From Azolla caroliniana (lineage: Eukaryota; Plantae; Polypodiophyta): DNA of 64,000 nucleotides. The notes under the pieces are model-generated. The model was not told the origin of the DNA and searched no databases. It was given only the letters and a program-made list of their open reading frames with translations. Shown here one piece after another: positions 25,288 through 36,839 of this stretch (the stretch's first letter is position 1; each line of letters starts with the position of its first letter). The stretch spans positions 4,030,001-4,094,000 of the forward strand of contig JBHGNT010000015.1 in NCBI GenBank assembly GCA_043228905.1, given 5' to 3'. The position numbers and the translations under genes are program-made.

Positions 25288-26857
25288 TCTATGTGCTTTT
25301 CACTGAGGTGTATTTACAGGAAGTGGACCAAACGTTTTACCTTCACAATAGGAGTAGATGCCCTACACAACACTGTTGAATTTAGTGTGCGACTCATTAC
25401 AACTCTAACTATTTTCATTAGTATAAGGATTTCTGAATATTTAGTTAGAGGCTATTCCAATTTTCCCTCAAAGCTACGTCGCCGCTTCGTAGCTCCGACA
25501 AAGCACTTCTATTTATTTCAAGGTAGCTGCTAATTTTGCTCTGAAAAGAATATTAAGAGGCTTTCGTACAATCATATGAGCTTGATAATTTGGTCAAGTA
25601 CATTCATGTATCTAAATTCTTTGATTGATACAAAAATAACAAATGGTTGCTGACGATAGGGTTCGAGCCCATGACCACAAGGCTTAGCGCGTTTTCCTGT
25701 AATGTAAATCTAACTTGGCTAGACGCACTCTTTATTTAATTGAACTCCAGAACAATTGCGATCTTCCGTCGATGCTAAGGTGCCTTCTCTCAATATGATG
25801 ATGCACTTGGTGTCATCTAGAATTGACTCATCATTTTGTTCTAGCAAGAATATTAACACCCTTGTGGACAACCATATGATGTAAAGCTTGCCGTGACGGA
25901 GTTTCTTGCAGATATTGTTCACTAATAGAAACAATAACATTTTACTTCGAGACCAATGATCGCCGACCATGGCGCTCGAACCCATGACCAGAAGTATTTT
26001 GACGGGTATAGGGATTTGTGGAAATTTGAGTTAGAGGTTAATCCAGTCTTCCATCGAAGGTATGTCGCCGCTTCGTAGCTCCGACGAAAGACTTCTATTC
26101 ATCTAATGGTAACTGATAATTTTTCTCTGAAAAGAATATTAAGCGGCTTTCGTACTACCAAGCGGTCTACCATATGAGCTAGGCCGGATCTATGTGATGT
26201 TGACTAAGGTGAATTTATTGGGGATGGGCAAAACGTTTTACTTTCACAATAGGAGTAAGTGCCCTGCACACCACCATTGAATTTATTGTGCGACTCATTA
26301 CAACATGAAGTATTTTCACGGGTATAGAGATTTTTGAATATTTAGTTAGAGGATATTCTGATCTTCCATCGAGGGTACATCGCCGCGTCGTAGCTCCGAC
26401 GAAGCACTTCTATTCATCTAAATGTAACTGAGAATTTTGCTCTCAAAAGAATATTAAGCGGCTTTCGTATGACCATATGAGTTGGAGTTTTTGGTCAAGT
26501 ACATTGATGTATCTTTCGTTGTCCGGTACTTAATAACAAATGGATGTTGACTATAGGGCTCGACCACATGACCATAAGGCTTAGCGCGTTTTCCTCTAGC
26601 GTAAACCTAACCCGGCTCGAAGAGCTCTTTACATAACTCAACCCCAGAATAATTGCGATCTTCCGTCGATGCTAAGTCAGCTTCTCTCACTATGATGACA
26701 CACTTGGAGTCATCTAGAATTGACTCAACATTCTTTTCTAACATGAAAATTAACACACTCGTGGACAACCATATGATGTTATGCTTGCAATGAAGGAATT
26801 TCCTGCAGATATTGTTGACTAATAGAAACAATAACCTTCTACTTCAAGAGCAATGAT

Positions 26858-26930
26858 CGCCGACAATGGGGCTCGAACCCATGACCACAAGGTTAAGAGA
26901 CTTGTGCTCTACCATTTGATCTAGGCCGAC
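26858..26930 (-). pseudogene. tRNA-Lys(CUU) degenerate copy
   Basis: Several substitutions. Confidence 0.7.
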
Positions 26931-27601
26931 TCCATATGCTTTTCACTAAGGCGTATATACTGGGAGTGGACCAAACGTTTTACTTTGATAGTTTGGAGTA
27001 AGTGCCCTACACACCACCATTGAATTTAGTGTGCGACCCATTACAACTTCAAGTAATTTCATGCGGATTGGTATGTGTGGAATTTTGAGTTAGAGGCTAT
27101 TCCGGTCTTCGATAGAAGGTATGTCACCGCTCCGTAGCTCCGACGAACTATTTCTTTTCATATAAAGGTAACTGATAATTTTGCTCTGAAAAGAATATTA
27201 AGAGGGTTTCGTACGACCATATGAGGTCGATGTTTTGGTCAAGTTTATTTATGTATCTCTCGTTGACTGCTATAAAATAACAAATAGCTGTTGAGCATAG
27301 GGCTCAAGCCCATGACCAAAAGCCTTAGCGCGTTTTCCTCTATCGTAAACCTAACACGGCTCAGCGACCTCTTTACATAACTTAACCCCAGAATAATTGT
27401 GATCTTCCGTCGATGCTAAGTCACCTTGTCTCACAGTGATGACGCACTTGGCATCATCTAGAGTTGACTCATCATTTCTTTCTAACAAGAATATTAACAC
27501 CCTCGCGGAGCACCATATGATCTGAGCCTTGCAATCAAAGACTTTCATGCAAATATGGTTGACTAATAGAAACAATAACATTTCACTTCGAGAGTAATGA
27601 T

Positions 27602-27673
27602 CACTGACTATGGGGTCGAACCCATGACCACAAGGATAAGAGGGTTGCACTCTACCATCTAAGCTAGGCTAGC
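27602..27673 (-). pseudogene. tRNA-Lys(CUU) degenerate copy
   Basis: Indel and substitutions. Confidence 0.65.
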
Positions 27674-28266
27674 TCCATGTGCTTTTCACTAAGGTGTATT
27701 TACAAGGAGTTGACCAAACGTTTTACCTTCACAATAAGAGTAGGTGCCCTGCACATCACCGTTGAATTTAGTGTGCGACTCATTAGAACTCGAACTATTT
27801 TCATTGGTATAGGGATTTCTGATTATTTACTTAGAGGCTATTCCGATCTTCCGTCAAAGCTATGTCGTCGCTTCGTAGTTCCGACGAAGCACTTCTATTC
27901 ATTTAAAGGTAGCTGATCATTTTGCTCTGAAAAGAATATTAGGTGGCTTTCGTACGACGATATGAGCTTGATGTTTTGGTCAAGTACATTCATGTAACCT
28001 TTGTTGATTGATAGAAAAATAACAAATGGTTGCTAATCATAGGGCTCGAGCCCATGACTAAAAAGCTTAGCTCCTTTTCCTCTTTCATAAACCTAACCCA
28101 GCTCTACGCGCTCCTTCCTAGACTCTACCCCAAGACAATTGATATCTTCCATTGATTGTGAGGCGCCTTCTCTCACTGTGATGACGCACTTGCAATTATC
28201 TTAAATAGACTCATCATTTTTTTCTATCAAGAATATTAACACCGTTTTTCGCAACGATGTGATTTG

Positions 28267-28793
28267 TGTCATGACTTGAGAATAGGAGAGAGAAAAATAA
28301 GATGACAGTAGAAGGTAGAAGGAGAGAGAGAGAGAGAGAGAGAGAAAGAACACTAGAAATGGAAAGAGAGTTTATATTATAAGAGAGAGAGAGAAAGAAC
28401 ACTAGAAACTGGTGTTGAACTGAATGAGTTGTGATGAATGAATAGACACCTATCTATAGGTCCTTATGGAGTATTCTAGAATGTTCTAGAATATTTTAGA
28501 TATTTATGATATTTAATATAATCATGGAATATCCTAGAATGTTCTAGAATAATCTAGATTGTTCTTGAATACTCTAGAATGTTCTAGAATACTCTAAATG
28601 TCTTGTAATAACTAATAATACATTTATTATAACTATACATCATATAGTTAAAGGTCTAACGTATAGACCAAGATGTCTTGGGCTCGAATCCTTGTAAGGC
28701 CAAAATGTATGTCGTCATGACAAGGTCTAACATATAAACCAAGACGTCTTGGGCTCGAATCCTTGTAAGGCCAAAATGTATGTCGTCATGACA
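28267..28793 (-). repeat. chromovirus B 3' LTR
   Basis: TGTCATGAC termini. Confidence 0.9.
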
Positions 28794-31234
28794 TTATCCC
28801 CCCTTTTCGACAACGAGTTCCACGAGTCGGAAGACAAGATTTCGTACTTGGCTTATGAGGATATTTGTTGTGAAATGCAGCAACCATTTCGGCGGCATTA
28901 GCAAGATTCTCAAGAGGTTCCCATGTTCGATCATTAGGTGTATAACCTAACCAGTCAACCAAATAATACAGTTTGTTGCGAACGATCTTGGAGTCGAGAA
29001 TGGCAGCAACTTCATATTCAGAGCTATTCGAAACTTTGATTGGAGGTGGGGGAGATGTAAGATGGCCTGGAATAGAGCTGGTTGTGTATGGCCCCAAAAG
29101 TGAAACATGGAAAACCGGGTGAAGATGCATATGAGGGGGAAGATCAAGGCGAAATGCCACATCATTGATCTTACCAGATATCACATATGGGCCAAAACGT
29201 TGATAATCCAATTTGCAACAAGGTCGTGTTGTTTTAATGCGACCTTGTAAAAGCCATACTCGATCCCCCACTTGAAACATAGTCGATGAATCACGTCGAT
29301 GACGGTCGGCAACCTTCTTCTGAGTGTTTTGAGCATCACATAAATGGTGCAAAAGGATATCTTGAACTTCTTGGAGTCGGGTGAGCCGATCTTCAGTAGC
29401 CGGGTTTGTCGGGAGTTCGGGATGTTCAAGCATAATTCAACGAGGATGGTACCCAATGTTTGCAAAAAATGGGGAATATCCAGTAGAAGAATGTTTTGAG
29501 TTGTTGTAAGCAAATTCCGCCAAATGTAATAGATCAACCCAATCATCTTGTTGATAGTTGACAAAACAACAAAGATATTGTTCTACTATTTGGTTGGTGC
29601 GCTCACTCTGTCCGTTAGTTTCTGGATGGTAGCCGGAAGAGAGTTTGCAAGAAGTATGTAAGATTTTGAACATGTGCCGCCAAAAATTTGAGATGAACGG
29701 GGGAACCCAATCACTGATAATATCATCAGGAAGACCATGATGCTGAAACACCTCTCGCATGAGTAACTTGGCTGTCTCTTGGCTCGTAATGGCCTTTGTG
29801 CAGGGAAGAAAATGTGCCATCTTGGTAAAACGATCTACTACCGTGAGAATAGAATCAAAACCCTTGGAAGGTGGTAGATCCGTAATGAAGTCCAATGAAA
29901 TAGATTTCCATGGACTCTCAGGAATAGGCATTGGTTGTAATAAGCCATATGGATGATGTCGAGGTTTTTTGGATCGGCAACATGTATCACAACTACGAAC
30001 ATAATCCGTAACAAAATGGCGAAGTCGTGGCCACCAATACCTTCGAGAAATTAACGCCAAAGTCTTGTGGATGCCAAAATGTCCAGCCATTGGTGTATCA
30101 TGACATTGTTGCAAGACTTGGAGTCAAGAAGGACCATCAGGCACATATAAGAGATTTTGTCAAAAAAGTAAACCATCATGCCAATTGAACTGGTTGTAGT
30201 CTTGACGAGGATTTTGAGATTGTGAACAAGAAACACGATCTAGGATAATATGGTTCAGAATATCTTGGGCGAATTCATCAGTCTCAATATGCTCCCGAAT
30301 GGAGTCTAGAAGACTTGAATCCTCGAGTGTGTCTATAACATGAAAAGCCATTAATCGTAGACGGTCAGGACCCAAGAGGATTTGCTTCTGACTTTCAAAT
30401 GTGGCCTCTCCTGGTTGAAGTTCCATATATGAATGCCGAGATAAAGCATCTGCTTTTCCTTGTTGCGTCCCAGGGCGATATAGAATTAGGAAATCAAAAC
30501 AAGTTAAAAACTGCGCCCAACAAGCTTGTCGATGACTCAAGACTGGAGCACTTTGGAAGTACGTTAGATTTTTGTGATCATTATAGACAATGATTTGTTG
30601 AGATGAACCCTCCAAAAAATGACGCCATTGTTGAAAAGAATCCACAATGGCAAGAAGCTCTTTGTCATGAATCTCATAGTTGATTTCTGCAGGTTCGAAT
30701 TTCTGTGAATGAAAAGCCACAGGGTGCAGTTGGCCATCATTGCTAATCTGGGATAATACGCTTCCTAGTGCGAAGTCAGATGCATCAGCTTCCAGTATAA
30801 AGCGCTTCAATGGATCAACATGCATCAAAATTGGTGCGGATGTAAATGCTTGCTTTAATCCTTCAAATGCAGAGTTTGCATTTATACTCCACACAAATGG
30901 TTGATTCTTCTGTGTCAGTTGAGTGAGGGGCAATACGATCTTTGAATAATCTTTGATGAACTTGCGATAAAAGTTTGCGAACCCTAAAAAACATTGTACA
31001 TCTCGCACAGACTGTGGTGTTTGCCAATCCAAAACTATTTGAACCTTTGCTGAATCCATAGAGATGCCATGTGAACAGACTATGTACCCCAAAAATTACA
31101 CTTGACGCTGGTCAAAGCTGCACTTCATCAATTTTGCATAGAGACCATATTCATGCAACCGTTGCAAAGCTTGTCGAATGTGTATATCATGATCCTCTTG
31201 AGTTTTTGTGTAGATCAAGATATCATCTGGGTAA

Positions 31235-31980
31235 TGTTGGGATTTCGGTCCCTCCGGATGGGATGTCCGGATGATGAAGACCCCGGTTACGGAGCCGGAT
31301 GAAGAGTACCCGGATACGGATCCGGATGATGAAGACCCCGGTTACGGAGCCGGATGAAGAGTACCCGGATACGGATCCGGATGATGAAGACCCCGGTTAC
31401 GGAGCCGGATGAAGAGTACCCGGATACGGATCCGGATGATGAAGACCCCGGTTACGGAGCCGGATGAAGAGTACCCGGATACGGATCCGGATGATGAAGA
31501 CCCCGGTTACGGAGCCGGATGACGAATGTACCCGGAGAGAGATTCGGATGCGGGGACATATTTGTGAATATGTTTGCTAAGAGCCCTTGTGGCTATATTT
31601 GTAAATAGCCCGAAAGTCATATATGTATAAATATGACTTAGGGCAAACAGTTTATGTTGTTGCTCATTTTTCATGAGAAGTGAGAGCAGCCGAGAGAGAG
31701 GGAGAGACGAAGAGGTCGTTGCCTCTGTGTATTACCGCCGCCTGTGGCGAAGACAGTGAGCTCAAGGTTGTTGCCTTGTAGCTTCACCAGTGTACATCCC
31801 TGTTCATAGTGATAGTTGGAGTTTGAGGACTCCCGTGGTTTTTCCCATTTAGGGTTTTCCACGTTAATCCCTGTGTCATCGTGTCCTTCTCTGTGTTTCC
31901 TATTTTCTGCTCCTTTGATTCGCAATTACTCGGTTGTGGTCGAGCGGGAGAAGGTAAATCGGGGTGGTCGATTCCTTACA
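31235..31980 (+). repeat. copia-3 5' LTR with ~4.5 x 55-bp tandem repeat
   Basis: Repeat starts 31267, 31322, 31377, 31432, 31487. Confidence 0.97.
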
Positions 31981-32009
31981 AACTGGTATCAGAGCGACTG
32001 TTGCAGAAA

Positions 32010-35000
32010 ATGGAAGGCGGCGGCAGCGGGCAGCCGATGATGATGGTGCTGAATGCACAAAATTACGCCGACTGGAAGATCAAGATGGAGGATCTTCTGA
32101 TTGTTCGGGACCTGTACGAACCGATTGACAGGTCGGAAATACCGAAAGGGGTACTTGAGTCGGAGTGGAAGCTCCTGAACCGGAAAGCCGTAGCGACGAT
32201 CCGACAATATGTCGACGTAAGCGTCCTACAACATGTGGCGAACGACACCAACGCATACGAAATGTGGAAGAAGCTGTCGGGCCTCTATGAGAGGAAGAAT
32301 GCGTTGAACCGGACCTCCCTGATGAGGAAGATTGTGAATCTCAAGTACCGGGACGGCGAGAGTATGGTGGAACACGTAAGCACGTTCATGGGATTCGTGA
32401 ACCAGCTTGCGGCGATCAAGTTCCCGTTGGAGGATGCAATGCAAGCCATCATCCTGATGTGTACATTGCCGGACAGCTGGGAGAACTTGGTGGTGACTCT
32501 CAGCACCTCCTGCACGGAAGACAACTTGTCCCTACAAACGGTAAAGACAAGTATTTCGAACGAAGAAGCGCGTCGGAGAGACAAAGAACCGGCCTCCGAC
32601 TCGAAGGCGCTGCTTACCGAATCGGAACGGGGAAGACACTGGAACCGGAGTCCGCAAAGACGGGAGAAGTCGGGGACCCGGTCGCAGTCAAGAGGAAGGC
32701 CCACGTGCTTCCACTGTGGGAAGCCGGGGCACTTCCGGAAGAATTGTCGGCATTACCGAAAGGACAACGGAGCCGACGACACCGATTCGAAGAAGTCACC
32801 GGAGAGAAACGGTGCATACCGGGGAGCCACGGACCGGAGAGGTTCGGATCGGCGAGGGCAGGACCGGAAAGGAACGACGGCACTCGCGGCAAGTGAAGAA
32901 GAAATCATGCTCATTACCGAAGAGAGGGAGCTGAACCTTGCCGGCGTAGAGATGACCTGGGTGGTCGATTCCGGAGCGTCGTTCCACCTGACCCCGGAGA
33001 AGAAATACTTCTCATCCTACACAGCCGGTGAGCATGGCTGTGTTCGGATGGGAAATGAAGGTACGTGCCGGATTGCCGGCATAGGAGACGTGTGGTTGAC
33101 AACCCCGACCGGATGCAAAATGCTGCTGAAGGATGTCCGACACGTTCCGGAGGTTCGACTGAACCTGATTTCGGCCGGGAGGCTAGACGATGAAGGCTAC
33201 ACAGGTAGCATCCGGAACGGTGTCATGAAGTTCAGCAAAGGGAGCTTGATAGTGGCTCGGGCCCGGAAGGTCAACACACTGTACCTGATGAATGCCTGGT
33301 TATGTCCGGAAGAGCTGAATGTGGCAGCCGACACTGCCGGTGAGCTGTGGCACAAAAGACTGTGCCACATGAGTGAGAAGGGGATGAAGAGGCTTGCAGA
33401 AGACAACCTTATCCCAGTGAAGCATGTGCACCTGGAGAAGTGCACCGATTGCCTGGCCGGTAAACAGAACCGAACCTCCTTCCACTCAAGGCCACCAACG
33501 AGACGTAACGCACCATTGGAGTTGGTGCACACCGATGTGTGTCAGGTAGAAACGAAGTCACATGGCGGAGCCCAGTACTTCGTAACTTTCATAGATGATC
33601 ATAGCCGAAGACTGTGGACGGCACCGATGAAGACAAAGGACCAAGTGTTGTCCGTCTTCAAAGAACTCCACGCGAGAGTGGAAAGGGAATCCGGCAAGAA
33701 GCTGAAAGCGATACGAGCGGATAACGGAGGGGAATACCGGGGGCAGTTCCAGGAGTACTGTCGCTCGAAGGGAATCCGACTCGAGTTTACTGTGCCGAAG
33801 ACGCCGGAACTGAACGGGCTGGCCGAGAGGATGAACCGGACCATAATGGAGAGGGTCCGGAGTATGCTGGCGCATGCGAAATTACCCAAGGGGTTTTGGG
33901 CTGAGGCAATGTCGACGGCGACATATGTGATAAACAGATCACCCTCAGTACCTTTGGACGGAGACACGCCGCAGAGAGTGTGGACCGGTAAGGAAGTATC
34001 CTACCGGCATCTGAAGGTGTTCGGGTGTCTCGCATACGTGCATGTGGCAAAGGACCGGAGAGGAAAGCTAGATCCAAAGACCCGGCCATGCATATTCCTC
34101 GGTTACGGCGACGACGAGTTCGGCTACCGAGTATGGGACCCGGTCGACAAGAAGATATTCAGGAGTCGTGATATCATCTTCATGGAGAACAAGACACTCG
34201 CCGACTGGGAGTCGGAGAAGAAGATGAAGAGCTCCAAGTCGACCGGTGAGGATCAACTCTACGAGGAGCAGTCCCGACCGGCAAGGGACCGGTTAGCACT
34301 CGAGGACCCGGCCGAAGACGGTGAAGAAACAGAACCGGCCGAAGAAGATGAAAACGATACCGGAACCGGCCCCGATCCCGAAATGGATTCGGATGAAGAA
34401 GAATCGGAAGAACCAGTTACCGAAGCTCCGGAACGGAGATATCCTCTAAGAGAGAGAAGGGCCCCCCGGAGATTTCCGGAACCAGAGCACGTGCTGCTAA
34501 CCGACGAAGGGGAGCCGGAGAGCTTTGAAGAAGCAAAGCATGACACCCAGAGCCGCAGGTGGTTGAGTGCCATGCAGGACGAGATGGATTCCCTGCATGA
34601 GAACCACACATATGAACTTGTGGAGTTGCCGAAAGGAAAACGGGCACTCCGTAACAAGTGGGTGTTCAAGCTGAAACCGGGAGATGCCGGAAACCCCCCG
34701 AGATACAAAGCCAGGATCGTGGTGAAGGGGTTTCAGCAGAAGAAGGGCGTCGACTTCGACGAGATATTTGCCCCGGTAGTGAAGATGACCTCCATCCGGA
34801 CGGTGCTGAGCATAGCGGCAAGCATGGACCTCGAGGTAGAACAGATGGACGTGAAGACGGCATTCCTTCACGGTGACCTCGAAGAAGAGATCTACATGCA
34901 GCAACCGGAAGGATTCGAGAAGAAAGGGAAGGAGCACCTGGTATGCCGGTTGAAGAAGAGCCTTTACGGACTGAAGCAGGCTCCCCGGCAATGGTACCGG

Positions 35001-36083
35001 AAGTTCGACTCCTTCATGACCGACGAAGGGTACCTCAAAACGCAGTCCGACCACTGCGTGTTTGTGAAGAAGTTCGAAGGAGGAGATTTTCTAATACTCC
35101 TCCTGTACGTGGACGACATGTTGATCGTCGGACGGGACCAGGTCAAGATACGGATGCTGAAGAAGGCTCTTCACCGAACCTTCTCAATGAAGGACTTGGG
35201 TCCGGCGAGACAAATACTAGGGATGCACATCATCCGGGACCGGAGCAAGAAGCAGTTGTGGCTGTCACAAGAGAAGTACGTGACAAAGGTGCTTCAACGG
35301 TTCAACATGTCGGAAGCAAGACCGGTCGGATCAACCCTACCGGCAAACTGCAAGTTGTCCAGCAAGCAAAGTCCCAAGACAAAGGCTGAAAAGGAGGATA
35401 TGATGAAAGTGCCGTATGCCTCAGCTGTCGGGAGCCTGATGTACGCCATGGTGTGTACGAGACCGGACATCGGATACGCAGTCGGAGTGGTGAGCCGGTA
35501 CATGAGCAATCCCGGCAAAGAGCATTGGAACGCGGTCAAGTGGATACTTCGATACCTGAAGGGCACGGCAAACGTGTGCCTCCGATTCGGCTCCGGTAAG
35601 CCCGAACTCGACGGCTTCACCGATTCGGATATGTCGGCTGATGCAGATACCAGCCGGTCCACATCAGGGTATGTGATGACTTATGCAGGGGGAGCCGTTT
35701 CGTGGCAGTCGAGGCTGCAGAAGACGGTTGCGTTGTCAACCACGGAGGCGGAGTACATGGCAGCTGTTGAAGCCGGCAAGGAAATAATATGGATGAAGGA
35801 CTTCATTAGAGAGCTCGGGATCCGGCAAGAGGAGTACCGACTCTACTGCGATAGTCAGAGTGCCATCCACCTTGCAAAGAACGCGGCCTACCATTCCCGG
35901 ACGAAACACATCCAGCGTAGATACCACTGGATCCGGGAAAGGATAGAAGACAAGGAGTTCATGCTGACGAAGATCCACACGAACGAGAACGGGTCGGATA
36001 TGCTGACCAAGGTGCTCACACCCGACAAGCTGGAAGCATGCCGGAAGAGGATCGGGTTGGAGAGACATCCCATGCCGAAGTGA
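32010..36083 (+). CDS. copia-3 Gag-Pol polyprotein (~1357 aa), uninterrupted
   Basis: Single ORF; ATG at 32010 after the PBS; CFHCGKPGHFRKNC, VVDSGA, HTDVC...ADNGGEY...NGLAER, LYVDDML, FTDSD. Confidence 0.96.
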   Translation: MEGGGSGQPMMMVLNAQNYADWKIKMEDLLIVRDLYEPIDRSEIPKGVLESEWKLLNRKAVATIRQYVDVSVLQHVANDTNAYEMWKKLSGLYERKNALNRTSLMRKIVNLKYRDGESMVEHVSTFMGFVNQLAAIKFPLEDAMQAIILMCTLPDSWENLVVTLSTSCTEDNLSLQTVKTSISNEEARRRDKEPASDSKALLTESERGRHWNRSPQRREKSGTRSQSRGRPTCFHCGKPGHFRKNCRHYRKDNGADDTDSKKSPERNGAYRGATDRRGSDRRGQDRKGTTALAASEEEIMLITEERELNLAGVEMTWVVDSGASFHLTPEKKYFSSYTAGEHGCVRMGNEGTCRIAGIGDVWLTTPTGCKMLLKDVRHVPEVRLNLISAGRLDDEGYTGSIRNGVMKFSKGSLIVARARKVNTLYLMNAWLCPEELNVAADTAGELWHKRLCHMSEKGMKRLAEDNLIPVKHVHLEKCTDCLAGKQNRTSFHSRPPTRRNAPLELVHTDVCQVETKSHGGAQYFVTFIDDHSRRLWTAPMKTKDQVLSVFKELHARVERESGKKLKAIRADNGGEYRGQFQEYCRSKGIRLEFTVPKTPELNGLAERMNRTIMERVRSMLAHAKLPKGFWAEAMSTATYVINRSPSVPLDGDTPQRVWTGKEVSYRHLKVFGCLAYVHVAKDRRGKLDPKTRPCIFLGYGDDEFGYRVWDPVDKKIFRSRDIIFMENKTLADWESEKKMKSSKSTGEDQLYEEQSRPARDRLALEDPAEDGEETEPAEEDENDTGTGPDPEMDSDEEESEEPVTEAPERRYPLRERRAPRRFPEPEHVLLTDEGEPESFEEAKHDTQSRRWLSAMQDEMDSLHENHTYELVELPKGKRALRNKWVFKLKPGDAGNPPRYKARIVVKGFQQKKGVDFDEIFAPVVKMTSIRTVLSIAASMDLEVEQMDVKTAFLHGDLEEEIYMQQPEGFEKKGKEHLVCRLKKSLYGLKQAPRQWYRKFDSFMTDEGYLKTQSDHCVFVKKFEGGDFLILLLYVDDMLIVGRDQVKIRMLKKALHRTFSMKDLGPARQILGMHIIRDRSKKQLWLSQEKYVTKVLQRFNMSEARPVGSTLPANCKLSSKQSPKTKAEKEDMMKVPYASAVGSLMYAMVCTRPDIGYAVGVVSRYMSNPGKEHWNAVKWILRYLKGTANVCLRFGSGKPELDGFTDSDMSADADTSRSTSGYVMTYAGGAVSWQSRLQKTVALSTTEAEYMAAVEAGKEIIWMKDFIRELGIRQEEYRLYCDSQSAIHLAKNAAYHSRTKHIQRRYHWIRERIEDKEFMLTKIHTNENGSDMLTKVLTPDKLEACRKRIGLERHPMPK

Positions 36084-36093
36084 AGGGGGAGTT

Positions 36094-36839
36094 TGTTGGG
36101 ATTTCGGTCCCTCCGGATGGGATGTCCGGATGATGAAGACCCCGGTTACGGAGCCGGATGAAGAGTACCCGGATACGGATCCGGATGATGAAGACCCCGG
36201 TTACGGAGCCGGATGAAGAGTACCCGGATACGGATCCGGATGATGAAGACCCCGGTTACGGAGCCGGATGAAGAGTACCCGGATACGGATCCGGATGATG
36301 AAGACCCCGGTTACGGAGCCGGATGAAGAGTACCCGGATACGGATCCGGATGATGAAGACCCCGGTTACGGAGCCGGATGACGAATGTACCCGGAGAGAG
36401 ATTCGGATGCGGGGACATATTTGTGAATATGTTTGCTAAGAGCCCTTGTGGCTATATTTGTAAATAGCCCGAAAGTCATATATGTATAAATATGACTTAG
36501 GGCAAACAGTTTATGTTGTTGCTCATTTTTCATGAGAAGTGAGAGCAGCCGAGAGAGAGAGAGAGACGAAGAGGTCGTTGCCTCTGTGTATTACCGCCGC
36601 CTGTGGCGAAGACAGTGAGCTCAAGGTTGTTGCCTTGTAGCTTCACCAGTGTACATCCCTGTTCATAGTGATAGTTGGAGTTTGAGGACTCCCGTGGTTT
36701 TTCCCATTTAGGGTTTTCCACGTTAATCCCTGTGTCATCGTGTCCTTCTCTGTGTTTCCTATTTTCTGCTCCTTTGATTCGCAATTACTCGGTTGTGGTC
36801 GAGCGGGAGAAGGTAAATCGGGGTGGTCGATTCCTTACA
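36094..36839 (+). repeat. copia-3 3' LTR
   Basis: Near-identical to the 5' LTR. Confidence 0.97.

Larger units (their letters stand above)
23946..28266 (-). repeat. tRNA-Lys satellite, block 2
   Basis: Same monomer; tRNA copies at 24514, 25215, 25961 (partial), 26858, 27602. Confidence 0.95.
31235..36839 (+). mobile_element. Ty1/copia retrotransposon copia-3, intact and very young
   Basis: 746-bp LTRs 31235-31980 and 36094-36839 (one difference spotted, in the GA tract), TSD GGTAA, PBS 31984-31995, PPT. Confidence 0.98.

Noticed and set aside
31267-31520. CRISPR-like regular repeats (also 16541-16670, 21116-21300, 36126-36380)
   Set aside because: Head-to-tail minisatellites inside LTRs with no unique spacers and no cas genes
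31881-32009. N-terminal extension of the 1400-aa ORF
   Set aside because: Lies in the LTR/PBS; homology to copia-4 indicates the real start is ATG 32010
34259-35662. Long antisense ORFs over the copia pol genes
   Set aside because: Expected shadow ORFs of GC-rich coding sequence; no independent motifs
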